A program made the translations under genes and the position numbers. A stretch of 64,000 nucleotides of DNA. Origin: Candidatus Oxydemutatoraceae bacterium. Its GTDB lineage: Bacteria > Pseudomonadota > Gammaproteobacteria > Poriferisulfidales > Oxydemutatoraceae. The DNA lies in the NCBI GenBank assembly GCA_965223735.1, contig OZ245010.1, positions 916,924 through 980,923 on the forward strand, in the 5' to 3' direction. How positions within the stretch are numbered: the stretch's first letter is position 1; the number at the start of each line of letters is the position of its first letter. Under the pieces are notes generated by a model. The model saw only the letters and a list, made by a program, of their open reading frames with translations. It ran no database searches and was not told the origin of the DNA. Positions 17,623-28,318 of the stretch are shown piece after piece.

Positions 17623-18527
17623 CACAGGACTATCAGATACCGTTTGCCTCCGCGCACACGGGCGAAAGCCGCCGTGTTGCACGGCACGGCGGGTGCCTGC
17701 CGCTTTGCATGGAACTGTTTTACCGGGAAATTGCGCAAGGACTGGACGCCTATCAGGTGGGGCAGGTGTTGTTGTTCGAGGACAATCCCTACGCAAATGC
17801 CAAACCGGTCAGCGGCACGGTCAAGTTTGAAGGTGATAACCGGTATGCCTGCATTATGTACGAAGTGAAGCTTGCGGAGGCGGACGCCGATCCTGCCTGC
17901 GCCGTCGGCATTGACCGGAACGTCGGGCAGATCGCATTGTCGGACGGGACGATTTATCGCCTGCCGGATACGGCAAGGCTGGAAGCCCGCAAGCGGCGCT
18001 GCCAATGAATAATGGTGCGCCGCGACTGCGGCAGCAGAAAGTTGGAGCGCAAGGCGTCAGGCCGTTATCTGCGGGCGCGCCGTTTATCGCAAAAGACTGC
18101 CGCCTGTATTGTTCAGGCACGGACCAACTGATGCCATCAGATCTCAAGAAAGATAGCGAGCAAGTATGGCGTGGTGTATCTGGAGGATTTGAACACGAAA
18201 GGGATGATCGCCTCGGCAAAGGGGACGGCGGAACAGGCGGGCAGGAATGTAAAAGTGAAAGCCGGTTTGAACCGGGCGATACTGGGGAATGGATGGGGTA
18301 AGCTTGAGTGGTATTTGTCGTACAAGGCAGCGGTGGTGGTAAAAGCGCCCGCTGCATATACCGACCGGACCTGCCGCGCCTGCGGATCTGTTGAGGCAGG
18401 CAACCGGACTTCACAGGCTGTATTTCACTGCGTGAAGCGCGGCCATCGGGACAATGCGGATGTAATTGAATGTTCCGGCCCTCGGGAATGGGGCTGCTGC
18501 ACATGGAGGTGGCGGGGTGGCCTGTGA
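17623..18527 (+). pseudogene. tnpB: IS200/IS605-family TnpB (OrfB) with multiple frameshifts
   Basis: N-terminus MKTHRTIRYRLPPRTRAKAAVLHGTAGACRFAWN. A RuvC-I region (VGIDRNVGQIALSDGTIYRLPD) sits in a second frame. The C-terminal part VYLEDLNTKGM...YTDRTCRACGSV...CVKRGHRDNADV sits in a third. Confidence 0.65.
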
Positions 18528-18537
18528 AGCATGAAAT

Positions 18538-18590
18538 GGGTATTTCGGCTTGCGCCCTTGTGACGTGAGCCAAGTATATTATTCCCTGAT
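18538..18590 (+). mobile_element. IS605-family right-end (RE)/omega-RNA-like sequence following tnpB
   Basis: tatttcggcttgcgcccttgtgacgtgagccaagtatatt immediately 3' of the tnpB remnant. A homologous ~130-bp copy sits at 61350..61480. Confidence 0.45.
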
Positions 18591-18596
18591 GACCGC

Positions 18597-20534
18597 ATGA
18601 AACTACTCGGCGTTGACACGGGCGGCACTTTCACCGACCTGATCCTGTTTGACGGCAAGCGGTTCCGGGTACACAAGCAATTGTCAACACCCGATGCCCC
18701 TGAAAATGCGATCGTCAAAGGTCTGCACGCACTCGGCCTTGAACCCGAACAGGCGCCTGATATGGTGCACGGGTCAACCGTCGGCACCAACGCGGTACTC
18801 GAAGGCAGGGGCGTCAAAACCGCCTACGTCACCAACCGGGGCTTCGGCGACGTGTTGACGATCGGGCGCCAGGCGCGACCGGAGATCTACCGACTGACAC
18901 CCGCGCCGGTGCCGCCACCGGTGGCGCCGGCGCTGTGCCTCGAAACCGGCGGACGGCTCGGCGCGTGCGGCGCACTGATCGAAGACCTGAACCCCGACGA
19001 TATCGAAACATTGAAACGGCGCCTCGCCGAACTCGCGCCCGAGGCGGTCGCGATCAATTTACTGTTCTCATTTGTAGAAGATCGTTTCGAGCGGATGATC
19101 GAAGACGCCCTGAAATCAACTTACTTCGTGTCGCGCTCCTCGCGTGTACTCGCCGAGCATCGCGAATACGAACGCGGCATTGCAACCTGGCTGAACAGTT
19201 ATATCGGCCCGATCATGCAGCGCTATCTGAAACGTCTCGACACCCTGCTGCCGACGGCGAAGATCAGCGTCATGCAGAGCCACGGAAAAACCGTCGGCGT
19301 CGAACAGGCCGGCGATTACGCGGTCAACCTATTGTTGTCAGGGCCGGCGGGCGGCGTGATCGCGGCGCGTCATCTCGCGGCAGCGGCCGACATCCACAAA
19401 GTGCTGAGTTTCGACATGGGCGGCACCTCGACCGACGTGTCGATCATCGACGGCGACCCGTACCTAACAACCGAAGGGCGCATCGGGCCTTACCCGGTCG
19501 CGACACCGATGATCGATATCCACACGATCGGAGCGGGCGGCGGTTCGATCGCCTACATAGACGAAGGCGGCCTGCTGCGCGTCGGCCCGCAGTCGGCCGG
19601 CGCCTCCCCCGGCCCCGCCTGCTACGGGCGCGGCGGCGACAAACCGACGGTCACAGACGCCAACCTGCTGCTCGGACGCCTGCCTGAAAAACTCGGCGAC
19701 GCATTAACACTGGACCGCGCCGCCGCTGCGCGGGTGTTTGAACCGCCGGCCAGAGCGCTCGACAAAAGCATCACCGACACCGCGCAGGGTGTCATCGATA
19801 TCGTCAATGAACAGATGAGGCAGGCACTCAGGGTCATGTCGGTGCAGAAAGGGTACGACCCGGCGGAATTCATGCTCGTCGGTTTCGGTGCAGCCGGCGG
19901 CCTGCATATATGTAAACTGGCTGAGGGTCTGAAGATACGCAAGGCGATGATACCGGTTCACGCCGGCGTACTATCCGCGCTCGGAATGCTGGTCGCGCCG
20001 CGCGGCCTGCAACAGTCGCGCACGATCAGCACCAACATCGCCGACGCCGACCAGCAAACGGTTGACACCGTTTACGAGCAACTGCGCAAGGAGGCCCGCG
20101 ACAAAATGCAGATACAGGGAATTCAGGCCATCGACATCGTCGAGACAGCGGAGTTGTACTATCAGGGTCAATCGCACTGCCTGACCCTCGCGCGCTGCCC
20201 CTTGCCGGAACTCGAGCGGGCATTTCACGCCGCGCACGAAAGGCGCCACAACTACACGCTCGATATACCAGTGGAACTGGTCACATTGCGGGTCCGCGCC
20301 TCCTCGGCGTCACCGCTCGAGACCGCCCGCATCAACGCCGACCACGAAGACCGACCAGCGCCCGCACCAAGCCCCAAACCCGGCGCACCGCCGCTGTATC
20401 AACGCGCCGACCTCACGCGCAGGACCGTCACGGGGCCCGCCGTGATCACCGAGGCGACCGCCACCGTTTACGTCGGGCAGGGTTGGCGCGCATCACTCGA
20501 CGATTGCGGCAACCTGTATCTCGAAAACTCATGA
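18597..20534 (+). CDS. hydantoinase/oxoprolinase (HyuA-like) family protein
   Basis: MKLLGVDTGGTFTDLILFDG N-terminus plus Hydantoinase_A-type core. 645 aa. No adjacent HyuB partner. Confidence 0.75.
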   Translation: MKLLGVDTGGTFTDLILFDGKRFRVHKQLSTPDAPENAIVKGLHALGLEPEQAPDMVHGSTVGTNAVLEGRGVKTAYVTNRGFGDVLTIGRQARPEIYRLTPAPVPPPVAPALCLETGGRLGACGALIEDLNPDDIETLKRRLAELAPEAVAINLLFSFVEDRFERMIEDALKSTYFVSRSSRVLAEHREYERGIATWLNSYIGPIMQRYLKRLDTLLPTAKISVMQSHGKTVGVEQAGDYAVNLLLSGPAGGVIAARHLAAAADIHKVLSFDMGGTSTDVSIIDGDPYLTTEGRIGPYPVATPMIDIHTIGAGGGSIAYIDEGGLLRVGPQSAGASPGPACYGRGGDKPTVTDANLLLGRLPEKLGDALTLDRAAAARVFEPPARALDKSITDTAQGVIDIVNEQMRQALRVMSVQKGYDPAEFMLVGFGAAGGLHICKLAEGLKIRKAMIPVHAGVLSALGMLVAPRGLQQSRTISTNIADADQQTVDTVYEQLRKEARDKMQIQGIQAIDIVETAELYYQGQSHCLTLARCPLPELERAFHAAHERRHNYTLDIPVELVTLRVRASSASPLETARINADHEDRPAPAPSPKPGAPPLYQRADLTRRTVTGPAVITEATATVYVGQGWRASLDDCGNLYLENS

Positions 20535-21031
20535 GCAAAGTCACGGGGTTTCCACCGATTCTTCCGCGCAGACCGAAAATACTGATACTCGGCTCGATGC
20601 CGAGCACGGAATCTTTGCGGTGCCGCGAGTACTACGCGCACCCGAAAAACGCTTTCTGGAAGATCATGAGCGCGTTGCTCGGATTTGCGCCGGATCTTGC
20701 CTACGGCAAGCGCGTCGCTGCATTGCGCCGCGCGAACATCGCCCTGTGGGACGTACTCAAGGCCTGCGAGCGCGACGGCAGCCTCGACGCGGCAATCGTG
20801 CCCGCGAGCGAGAAACCGAACGCGATCGCCGCCATCCTGAACGAGAAGACGTCCATCGCTGCGGTGTTCCTGAACGGGAAAAAAGCGGGCGCCTCATTGC
20901 GGCGGCACTTGCGGCTGCCGATCGACGCGGCACCCGACACGATCGAACTGCCGTCCACAAGCCCCGCCCATGCACGGCTGACTTTTGAACAGAAACTCGC
21001 GGCCTGGCGCGTAATCTGCGACTATCTTTGA
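20531..21031 (+). CDS. UDG-superfamily DNA glycosylase (deoxyinosine/hypoxanthine DNA glycosylase-like)
   Basis: Motif A-like ILILGSMPSTESL...YYAHPKNAFW and motif B-like LPSTSPAHAR. Start chosen at MSKVTG; the listed ORF starts earlier and overlaps the hydantoinase. Confidence 0.45.
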   Translation: MSKVTGFPPILPRRPKILILGSMPSTESLRCREYYAHPKNAFWKIMSALLGFAPDLAYGKRVAALRRANIALWDVLKACERDGSLDAAIVPASEKPNAIAAILNEKTSIAAVFLNGKKAGASLRRHLRLPIDAAPDTIELPSTSPAHARLTFEQKLAAWRVICDYL

Positions 21032-22210
21032 CCGGAAAGCCGTCTCTCGGACACGGCGCAATATGCTTTCGAGATATCGATTCCAAGATAACGGCGCCCT
21101 ATTTTCTTGGCAACCACACAAATGGTTCCCGCCCCGTTGAACGGCTCCAGAACAATATCGTTTTTGAAACTGAAAAGAGCCAACGCCCGGTGCACTAATT
21201 CCTCTGGAAACATCGCGGGGTGACCGTATTCGTCCATGTTTCTTTCCGGCGCTACAGACCATTTTGCATAAACCCAGTTTTTGAAATCATCGCCGGATAT
21301 GTCGGCATCCTCTTTTTTGCCTGTTTTCTTAAGTGAACCCTTGCAAAAAACTTCAAGAAATTCCCGGCTGTACTTCATGTACGGATTGGAGGAGCTCTTC
21401 CAGCTTCCCCAAGCCGTGTACTTGCAGTTGTAGTTATTTTTCTCCCACAGGATCTCGCTTTTCCATATCAGTTTTTTCATTGGCCGGGTAATTTCTGATA
21501 ATGTGATGCGAAGGAATATAATTGGAATACAACGGCTGCACATTGATTATCAGCCGACCGCCATAAACTAGAACCCGTACACACTCATCCAGCACTGAAA
21601 ACAGCTTGCCAAAGTAAGCATTCCAATCAACGGCATCATCATCGTCTGTCGCATAGTTCAGCCCGAAGTTATAAGGAGGAGATGTAAATACCAGATCGAT
21701 GCAGTTGTCGGGGAGATTTTTAAGAAACCTTTCACTGTCTTCACAGATGATCTTATTTTCATATTCGAAGGGTAATTGATTCCTTGCTTCCCGATAATTA
21801 TTGTCCTCGGCATAAAAATACTTTCCTCTGGCTTTTTCTTTATCTTTTCTGCCCGTCACTTTTCTTTCTGCGTTATATCCCTGATAGACGCGGCGTTTCC
21901 CGCGTATCCCGTAACTCTTGATGCTCTCTATAGCTCTTAAAATGCTCTCCGCCAACAACTCATCCGAGTCTTCCTTGACAATGGTCTGCAAATATTCCCG
22001 CAAAGCGGTCATATCCACAGAATGCAGATAAAGCACAAGACAACGCCCGCCGGTCTCCCAAGTCAACTTCAGATCCCAATGCTTCTTGCCCGCAACATGG
22101 ATTCCGGCGGCAATTCGCTCGACCGCTTCCTCATCTTCAAATCCGGGCAACGGAATTTCCTTATAGGAGATCCCGCCATTGGAAGAAAAGTTTCCGGCTA
22201 TTTTATGCAT
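21022..22210 (-). pseudogene. beta-class amino (N4-C or N6-A) DNA methyltransferase split by a frameshift
   Basis: The N-terminal ORF (21434..22210) carries motif IV VFTSPPY. The overlapping C-terminal ORF (21022..21543) carries motif I LEPFNGAGT and HPAMFPEEL. The two halves are in different frames. Confidence 0.6.
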
Positions 22211-22289
22211 CAGAAATCCCCGACAGTTACTCTATGACATGATGCTGGTGTATGAGGGCAGAAACATACAGGACCTCCAGCCTGATTAA

Positions 22290-22565
22290 AAAGGAAACCG
22301 ACATGCCGGTCCAGCACGTCAGCTTCCGCCTCAAAGGTTTCTATAAAATCGCCTCTTTATCTACCAAATGGGAGGCGATTATGGGGACTGTAGCCCAACA
22401 GAAACTTGAAGCCCTGACATTCTGGAACAAACACGGCCTGAATGTCACCTTTGATGCATTATAATAACCGGCGCCCATACCGGGGACTCGACAACCTGAC
22501 ACCCAGCCAAATGCTTGCCAAAAATCTGCCCCTGATGTCCCATATGTGGCGGCCGCATACAAGAG
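22290..22565 (+). mobile_element. internally deleted IS481-family element (copy 1)
   Basis: Transposase N-terminus (..FRLKGFYKIASLSTKWEAIMGTVAQQKLEALTFW..) is fused to the extreme 3' end (..nrrphrgldnltps..). Homologous to 24215..24600. Confidence 0.55.
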
Positions 22566-22589
22566 TAAGTATTATCAAGGTATAAAGTT

Positions 22590-23651
22590 ATGTACATCAA
22601 CCAAACGGAACACAAAATACTTTTTGGAGATTCAAGGAATCTAAGTGAAATTCAGGATAAATCTATTGATCTGGTTGTTACTTCACCTCCATATCCTATG
22701 ATAATTATGTGGGATGAGGTATTTTTTGAACAAAATCAAAGGATCAAAGAAAATATTAATAATGAAGATGGATATACTGCCCATACACTAATGCATGAAG
22801 AACTCAATAAAACATGGAAAGAGGTTGACAGGGTTCTGAAAGAAGGCGGCATTGTTTGTATAAATATAGGAGATGCAACAAGAACAATGAATGGCACATT
22901 CAAATTATACCCAAACCACTCACCAGTACTTGAAACATTTTTATCCCTTAGTTTTGATTCACTTCCAACAATTCTGTGGAGAAAGACAACAAATTCTCCC
23001 AACAAATTTATGGGATCCGGCATGCTGCCAGTCGGAGCATATGTAACATTAGAGCACGAAAGGATTTTAATTTTTAGAAAAAAAAGAAAAAGGAAGTTTA
23101 TTGGAGATAAAGAAAAGGAGAATAGGATGAAAAGTGCGTTCTTTTATTCAGAGAGAAATAAATGGTTTTCTGATATATGGGATGATATAAAAGGAACTCA
23201 ACAAGCATTAAAAGAAAAAGGGGTAAGAGAAAGAAGCGGGGCGTATCCATTAGAACTGCCATATAGGTTAATTAATATGTTTTCCGTGAAAGGCGATACA
23301 GTGCTTGACCCATTTCTTGGGACGGGTACCACCTCTGCCGCAGCAATTATCACAGGAAGAAACAGTGTAGGAACAGAAAAAGAGAGAAAATTTGAAAAAA
23401 TTATCGATAAAACAATTACTCACTTTATCAACAATGCGGAACATTTAGTACAGAAGCGTATGGATACTTATATAGACTTTATAGAACAAAGAGAAAGGAA
23501 TGGAAAAATGTGTAAGTATAAAAATATATTTTACTCATTTCCTGTAGTTACTAAACAGGAACAAAAAATATGCTTTGAAGTTCCCACTGAGAAGGTAAAA
23601 AATGGATCGGAAAATTTTTTGATCTCTCATGAGTTTTTTAGTTACAAATAA
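22590..23651 (+). CDS. beta-class amino DNA methyltransferase (N4-C or N6-A)
   Basis: LVVTSPPYPM (motif IV) and LDPFLGTGTTSAAA (motif I). 353 aa, AT-rich. Confidence 0.75.
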   Translation: MYINQTEHKILFGDSRNLSEIQDKSIDLVVTSPPYPMIIMWDEVFFEQNQRIKENINNEDGYTAHTLMHEELNKTWKEVDRVLKEGGIVCINIGDATRTMNGTFKLYPNHSPVLETFLSLSFDSLPTILWRKTTNSPNKFMGSGMLPVGAYVTLEHERILIFRKKRKRKFIGDKEKENRMKSAFFYSERNKWFSDIWDDIKGTQQALKEKGVRERSGAYPLELPYRLINMFSVKGDTVLDPFLGTGTTSAAAIITGRNSVGTEKERKFEKIIDKTITHFINNAEHLVQKRMDTYIDFIEQRERNGKMCKYKNIFYSFPVVTKQEQKICFEVPTEKVKNGSENFLISHEFFSYK

Positions 23652-23965
23652 ACCACTATTCCATCTCTTTTCTTTTCATAAGAAATAATCCTACACGGTA
23701 TTGTTTCTCTAACTCTACTCATCTGTTTATAAGTTTCTGGTTTTATACTAACAGGCATATCATCTATATATCCGTCAATACCACGCGATTCATCATATGG
23801 AGTTGCCAAACGATACTGAGTACTCTCTATCTCAGCAACCTTTTTTAATATTGCTTCTTGAAAGCGCAGTCCGGCAAATGTTTTCGCAATGATTAAATCT
23901 TTTACCCAACGCCTCACTATCTTTTTATCTACCTTGCTTACAGCTTCTTTTAGATTTTCTACCAT
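23642..23965 (-). CDS. small hypothetical protein convergent with the MTase (candidate nuclease/controller; unassigned)
   Basis: 107-aa ORF overlapping the MTase stop tail-to-tail. AT-rich. Weak D..DD...SIK pattern only. Confidence 0.25.
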   Translation of the reverse strand: MVENLKEAVSKVDKKIVRRWVKDLIIAKTFAGLRFQEAILKKVAEIESTQYRLATPYDESRGIDGYIDDMPVSIKPETYKQMSRVRETIPCRIISYEKKRDGIVVYL

Positions 23966-24214
23966 TGGAAAATTTTCTCAACCGCATCATCCAAGGCAGT
24001 AGGGTACCTATTTCTATACTATTTCTCCCATTCACTAATCTTCTTCCCAGAAAATTGTTGTATTAAATCACTCATCTGACCAATCACCTTTGGGCGGGTA
24101 CCTTGTGCATTTTGGTTCGCGAGATTAAGCAGTTGTGTAACGTACTTTGGAAACTTAATATTTTCAATATCAAGCAATGCATTAACCTCTTCGTTTTTTA
24201 TTTTTACTTTTTTC

Positions 24215-24600
24215 TGAAGCCGACATGCTGATTCAACACATCGGCTTCCGCCTCAAGAGTTTCTATAAAATCGCCTCTTTATCTGCTAAATGGGAGGCGA
24301 TTATGGGAACTGTAACCCAACAGAAACTTGAAACCCTGACATTCTGGGACAAACGCGGCCCCGATTGTACTTCAGGGCCACCCTTGACGCATTCAAGGTC
24401 AGCCGTTCCACCCTGTATCGCTGGCGCCAGGCCTACCGCATCGCGGGCTTGAGCGCGCTGCATGACCGCAACCGTTACCCAGGTCGCTATAATAACCGGC
24501 GCCCGCACCGGGGACTCGACAACCTGACACCCAGCCGAATGCCTGCCAAACGTCTGCCCCTGATGTCCCATAAGCGGCGGCCTCATACGCCGAATTGACT
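24215..24600 (+). mobile_element. internally deleted IS481-family element (copy 2)
   Basis: N-terminal fragment, then HTH (RSTLYRWRQAYRIAGLSALHDR), then the extreme C-terminus of the rve core (YNNRRPHRGLDNLTPS) in ~380 bp. Confidence 0.6.
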
Positions 24601-24674
24601 ATGAAGCGACATTCGCTTATCGTACGCCGCACGCTGGTTCTCCGACCGGCTTCTTTTGACCACCGAACAAGCTT

Positions 24675-25877
24675 ATGTTAATGGACGTATTGACCGGCAT
24701 CGGCCTGCTGAATTTGCCGTGGTGGGGCTACATCGCCATCACCCTGATAACGACGCATATCACGATCGCCTGCGTGACACTTTTCCTGCATCGCTCCCAG
24801 GCGCATCTCTCGGTGGAATTTCACCCCGCGGTGACGCACCCGATGCGCTTCTGGCTGTGGATGACAACCGGCATGATCACGCGCGAGTGGGTCGCGATCC
24901 ACCGCAAGCACCATGCCACGGTGGAAACCGAGCACGACCCGCACAGCCCGAAAATACACGGCATCCTGAAAGTGCTGTTCGGCGGTACCGAACTCTATCG
25001 CAGGGAAGCCGCCAACAAAGACACGCTCGAAACTTACGGACGCGGCACACCGCAGGACTGGATTGAAAAAAATCTCTACACCAAACGATCGACCGGAGGC
25101 ATTTGTATACTTTTCGGCGTGTATTACACACTGCTCGGCTTTTGGGGCATCGCGATGTGGGCGGTGCAGATGATGTGGATTCCGTTTTTTGCCGCCGGCG
25201 TGGTCAACGGCGCCGGGCATTTCTTCGGATACCGCAACTACGAGACCGACGACAACTCGACCAATCTGGGTAACATCGGCCTGCTCATCGGGGGCGAGGA
25301 ACTGCATAACAACCACCACGCTTTCCCGGGGTCAGCGAAATTGTCGGCGCAGGCCTGGGAATTTGATATTGGCTGGCTGTACATCAACCTGCTGAAACAC
25401 TTGCGGCTGGCGTGCGTCAAAAGAGTGATGCCGCCGCGCAAAGTCGCGCGGCGCGTGTCGCGCCTTGACTTGGAAACCGTACAGACGCTTCTGCACGGAC
25501 GCCTGCACGTGATGGCGGACTACGTGAACACCGTCATGCACCCCGTGTTCAGGCAGGAACTGAAACTCGCAAAAGGCTCCTACCTGCGCCTTCTGAAAGG
25601 CGTGAAGAAGCCGTTTCTCTATCACGAAAAAAACATCGGGCGCCACGACCTCAACCGCCTGAAAGAAGCGCTAGTGGACAACGAAACACTGAAAACGGTT
25701 TATGAGTTCAGGCATCGCCTGCAATCGCTGTGGCACGATCTGCGCGGCGACCACGAAAAGCTAAGAGTTGCGTTGCTCGAATGGTGCTGGCAAGCCGAAC
25801 AAAGCGGTCTGCACGCGCTTGAGGAATTTGCCCGCAAGATCAAAGGCTGCACCGAGATCAGGCAGACCCCCGCCTGA
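24675..25877 (+). CDS. membrane fatty-acid (acyl-CoA/acyl-lipid) desaturase
   Basis: His boxes HRKHH and HNNHH with N-terminal TM helices. 400 aa. Confidence 0.8.
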   Translation: MLMDVLTGIGLLNLPWWGYIAITLITTHITIACVTLFLHRSQAHLSVEFHPAVTHPMRFWLWMTTGMITREWVAIHRKHHATVETEHDPHSPKIHGILKVLFGGTELYRREAANKDTLETYGRGTPQDWIEKNLYTKRSTGGICILFGVYYTLLGFWGIAMWAVQMMWIPFFAAGVVNGAGHFFGYRNYETDDNSTNLGNIGLLIGGEELHNNHHAFPGSAKLSAQAWEFDIGWLYINLLKHLRLACVKRVMPPRKVARRVSRLDLETVQTLLHGRLHVMADYVNTVMHPVFRQELKLAKGSYLRLLKGVKKPFLYHEKNIGRHDLNRLKEALVDNETLKTVYEFRHRLQSLWHDLRGDHEKLRVALLEWCWQAEQSGLHALEEFARKIKGCTEIRQTPA

Positions 25878-25981
25878 GTGCCGCCCGAAAACCGCGTTAT
25901 TTCAATTGAAATGCAGCCGCCCGCCAAGCGCGGACTGTCCGGTAAATTGCCGGGATGAATAAGCAACGGGACCGGGATTCG

Positions 25982-26143
25982 TTACTTGATCTTGCCTTCC
26001 TTGTAAAGCGTGTGCTTGCGGATAACCGGGTCAAATTTCTTCATCTCAATCTTTTCCGTCGCCGTCCGCTTATTCTTCGTCGTCGTGTAGTAATGCCCGG
26101 TCCCTGCGGTCGAGACCAGTTTTATCTTTTCGCGTACAGCCAT
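25982..26143 (-). CDS. rpmG: 50S ribosomal protein L33
   Basis: [53 protein letters not shown]. Below the 60-aa ORF-track cutoff. Confidence 0.8.
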   Translation of the reverse strand: MAVREKIKLVSTAGTGHYYTTTKNKRTATEKIEMKKFDPVIRKHTLYKEGKIK

Positions 26144-26168
26144 GGTTCGGTGCCCCCCCGGAGTATCC

Positions 26169-26405
26169 TCAGACCTTGATCCCGCGCTTGCGCGCGTCGT
26201 CGAGCGCCGCCTCTATTCCTTTTTTATTGATGATGCGCAAGCCTTTTCTCGACACGCGCAATCTCAACCAGCGGTTCTCGCTCTCGACCCAGAACCTCAT
26301 CTTGTGCAGGTTCGGCAGAAAACGCCGGCGGGTTTTATTGTGCGCGTGAGAGACATTATTGCCGCTCATCGGCTTTTTACCGGTTATTTGGCAGATTCTC
26401 GACAT
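26169..26405 (-). CDS. rpmB: 50S ribosomal protein L28
   Basis: [33 protein letters not shown]. Confidence 0.9.
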   Translation of the reverse strand: MSRICQITGKKPMSGNNVSHAHNKTRRRFLPNLHKMRFWVESENRWLRLRVSRKGLRIINKKGIEAALDDARKRGIKV

Positions 26406-26470
26406 TAATTCAGTCCCTAGTCTCTCGACTGGCGGCGCAAAATAGCAGAAAATAACCCGACCATCAAGCC

Positions 26471-26821
26471 ATGGACACTGTTTTTCTGAAAGAACTGCGC
26501 GTCGAAACCGTCATCGGCGTCTTTGAATGGGAGCGGCGCGTGCCGCAGACCATCCTGATAGACCTCGAGATGGCGACGGACGCGGCGGCAGCGGCAAAAA
26601 GCGACGAGTTGCAGGACACACTCGACTACAAGGCAATCGCCAAGCGCGTTGAGGACTTCTCCAAGAACAACCCCTGCCGCCTGATCGAAACACTGGCACA
26701 GAAAATCGCCGACATTCTGCTCGACGAATTCAACGTAGCGCAGGCAAAAGTCTCGGTGAGCAAGCCGGGCGCGATCCGGGGCTCGAAAACCGTCGGCGTC
26801 TCAATCGAGAGGCGAAAGTAA
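26471..26821 (+). CDS. folB: dihydroneopterin aldolase
   Basis: 116 aa. ..[21 protein letters not shown]... FolB pattern. Confidence 0.8.
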   Translation: MDTVFLKELRVETVIGVFEWERRVPQTILIDLEMATDAAAAAKSDELQDTLDYKAIAKRVEDFSKNNPCRLIETLAQKIADILLDEFNVAQAKVSVSKPGAIRGSKTVGVSIERRK

Positions 26822-26902
26822 GTCGGAACCACTTTGAACTTTCGCGGAACAGGCGCACGCGGAAAAATCGAAAGACGAAAGCGGGTCGGAGCAACTCCCG
26901 AT

Positions 26903-27409
26903 ATGTCGAAAACAGGCAAGCAGACAGTCTATGTCAGTATCGGCAGCAACATAGACAAAAAACATAACGTCATCTCGTGTATCGCGATGCTACGGGAAAC
27001 TTTCGGCGAATTGAAATTATCCCCGGTGTATGAATCCCGGGCGGTCGGCTTCGACGGCGACAATTTTTACAATCTGGTCGCGTCCTTTGAAACCGCACAA
27101 TCGCCCCGCCACGTGGAAAACGCGCTGAAACTGATTGAGGAACGCCACGGCCGCAGGCGCGGCAAGAACCGCTTTGAGTCAAGAACGCTTGACCTCGACC
27201 AACTGTTGCACGGCGACTTGGTGATTAATGAAAACGGCGTCCGGATACCGCGCGATGACATCGTACAGCACGCTTTCGTTTTGCGTCCGCTCGCCGATCT
27301 CGCGAGCCGGGCGATGCACCCGGTACTCGGCAAAACCTACGCCGGTCTGTGGTCGGATTTCAACCGCGACGCAACAGTGCTCAAGCGAGTTTCACTCGGG
27401 GACATTTAA
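26903..27409 (+). CDS. folK: 6-hydroxymethyl-7,8-dihydropterin pyrophosphokinase
   Basis: TVYVSIGSNI...PVYESRAVGF...RTLDLDQLL... HPPK motifs. Start at the internal Met. Confidence 0.85.
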   Translation: MSKTGKQTVYVSIGSNIDKKHNVISCIAMLRETFGELKLSPVYESRAVGFDGDNFYNLVASFETAQSPRHVENALKLIEERHGRRRGKNRFESRTLDLDQLLHGDLVINENGVRIPRDDIVQHAFVLRPLADLASRAMHPVLGKTYAGLWSDFNRDATVLKRVSLGDI

Positions 27410-27489
27410 GCGTGGGCCGCCCGGTGCCCGCGAATAGGCAATCCGGCCAGGCGCATCGCCGCTCGATCACCCGGGCTGATCACCCGAAC

Positions 27490-28245
27490 TCAATTACTCA
27501 GGGTCCTGCCGCCATCGACCGCAATGATCTGCCCAGTAATGTACCCGGCGTCGCGCACCAGGAAAAGCACCGCTGCCGCCGCGTCCTGCGGCGAGCCTTC
27601 GCGCTTGAGCGCGGTGCGGGTGATGATCTCGCGGTGTTTCTGTTCGTAATGCTCATCTTCCGGCCACAGTAAAGCACCCGGCGCCACCGCGTTGCAACGC
27701 ACTTCGGGCGCGAATTCCCGCGCGAGCGATTTCGTCAGTATATGAACGCCGGCTTTAGCGATTGAATACAGCGCATAGCCCTTCAGCGGACGTTCGGCGT
27801 GAATGTCGCCGATATTGACGATGCACCCCTGGCGGTTGCGCAGTTCGGGCAATAAGCGTTGCGAAAGGAACAGGGCGCTCTTGAGATTGCTGCCGATGAT
27901 CTCGTCCCACTGCGACTCGTCCAATGCGTCGAGAGGCGTGGGATAGAAAGTCGACGCGTTGTTCACCAGCGCGTCGAGGCGGCCCCAGCGCACCACCGCC
28001 TGCTCCGCGAGAGAGTCGATCTGCGGGAGTTGCAGGAGGTCGGCCTGAACGACGCAGGCGGACTCGGGACGCGAGCCGTTAAGCGTCCCGGCAAGCTGCT
28101 CCGCGTCGCCGAGAGACCGGCGGCAATGCAACACGACATTCATGCCGGCGCCGTGGAGCGTCGCCGCGATTACCGCACCGATGCGACGGGAAGCCCCGGT
28201 CACCAGCGCGACTTTGCCTGCAAGGCTGATTGAGATGTGCGTCAT
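27490..28245 (-). CDS. short-chain dehydrogenase, pteridine reductase (FolM/PTR1-like)
   Basis: GKVALVTGASRRIG NAD(P)-binding motif and a YxxxK-type SDR core. Adjacent to folB-folK. Confidence 0.55.
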   Translation of the reverse strand: MTHISISLAGKVALVTGASRRIGAVIAATLHGAGMNVVLHCRRSLGDAEQLAGTLNGSRPESACVVQADLLQLPQIDSLAEQAVVRWGRLDALVNNASTFYPTPLDALDESQWDEIIGSNLKSALFLSQRLLPELRNRQGCIVNIGDIHAERPLKGYALYSIAKAGVHILTKSLAREFAPEVRCNAVAPGALLWPEDEHYEQKHREIITRTALKREGSPQDAAAAVLFLVRDAGYITGQIIAVDGGRTLSN

Positions 28246-28318
28246 TTGAATGCGGTCTCGCTTATACTCTCGTGCAATTACCATCAATTAAATCACATCA
28301 GACACACCGACTCTCCCG

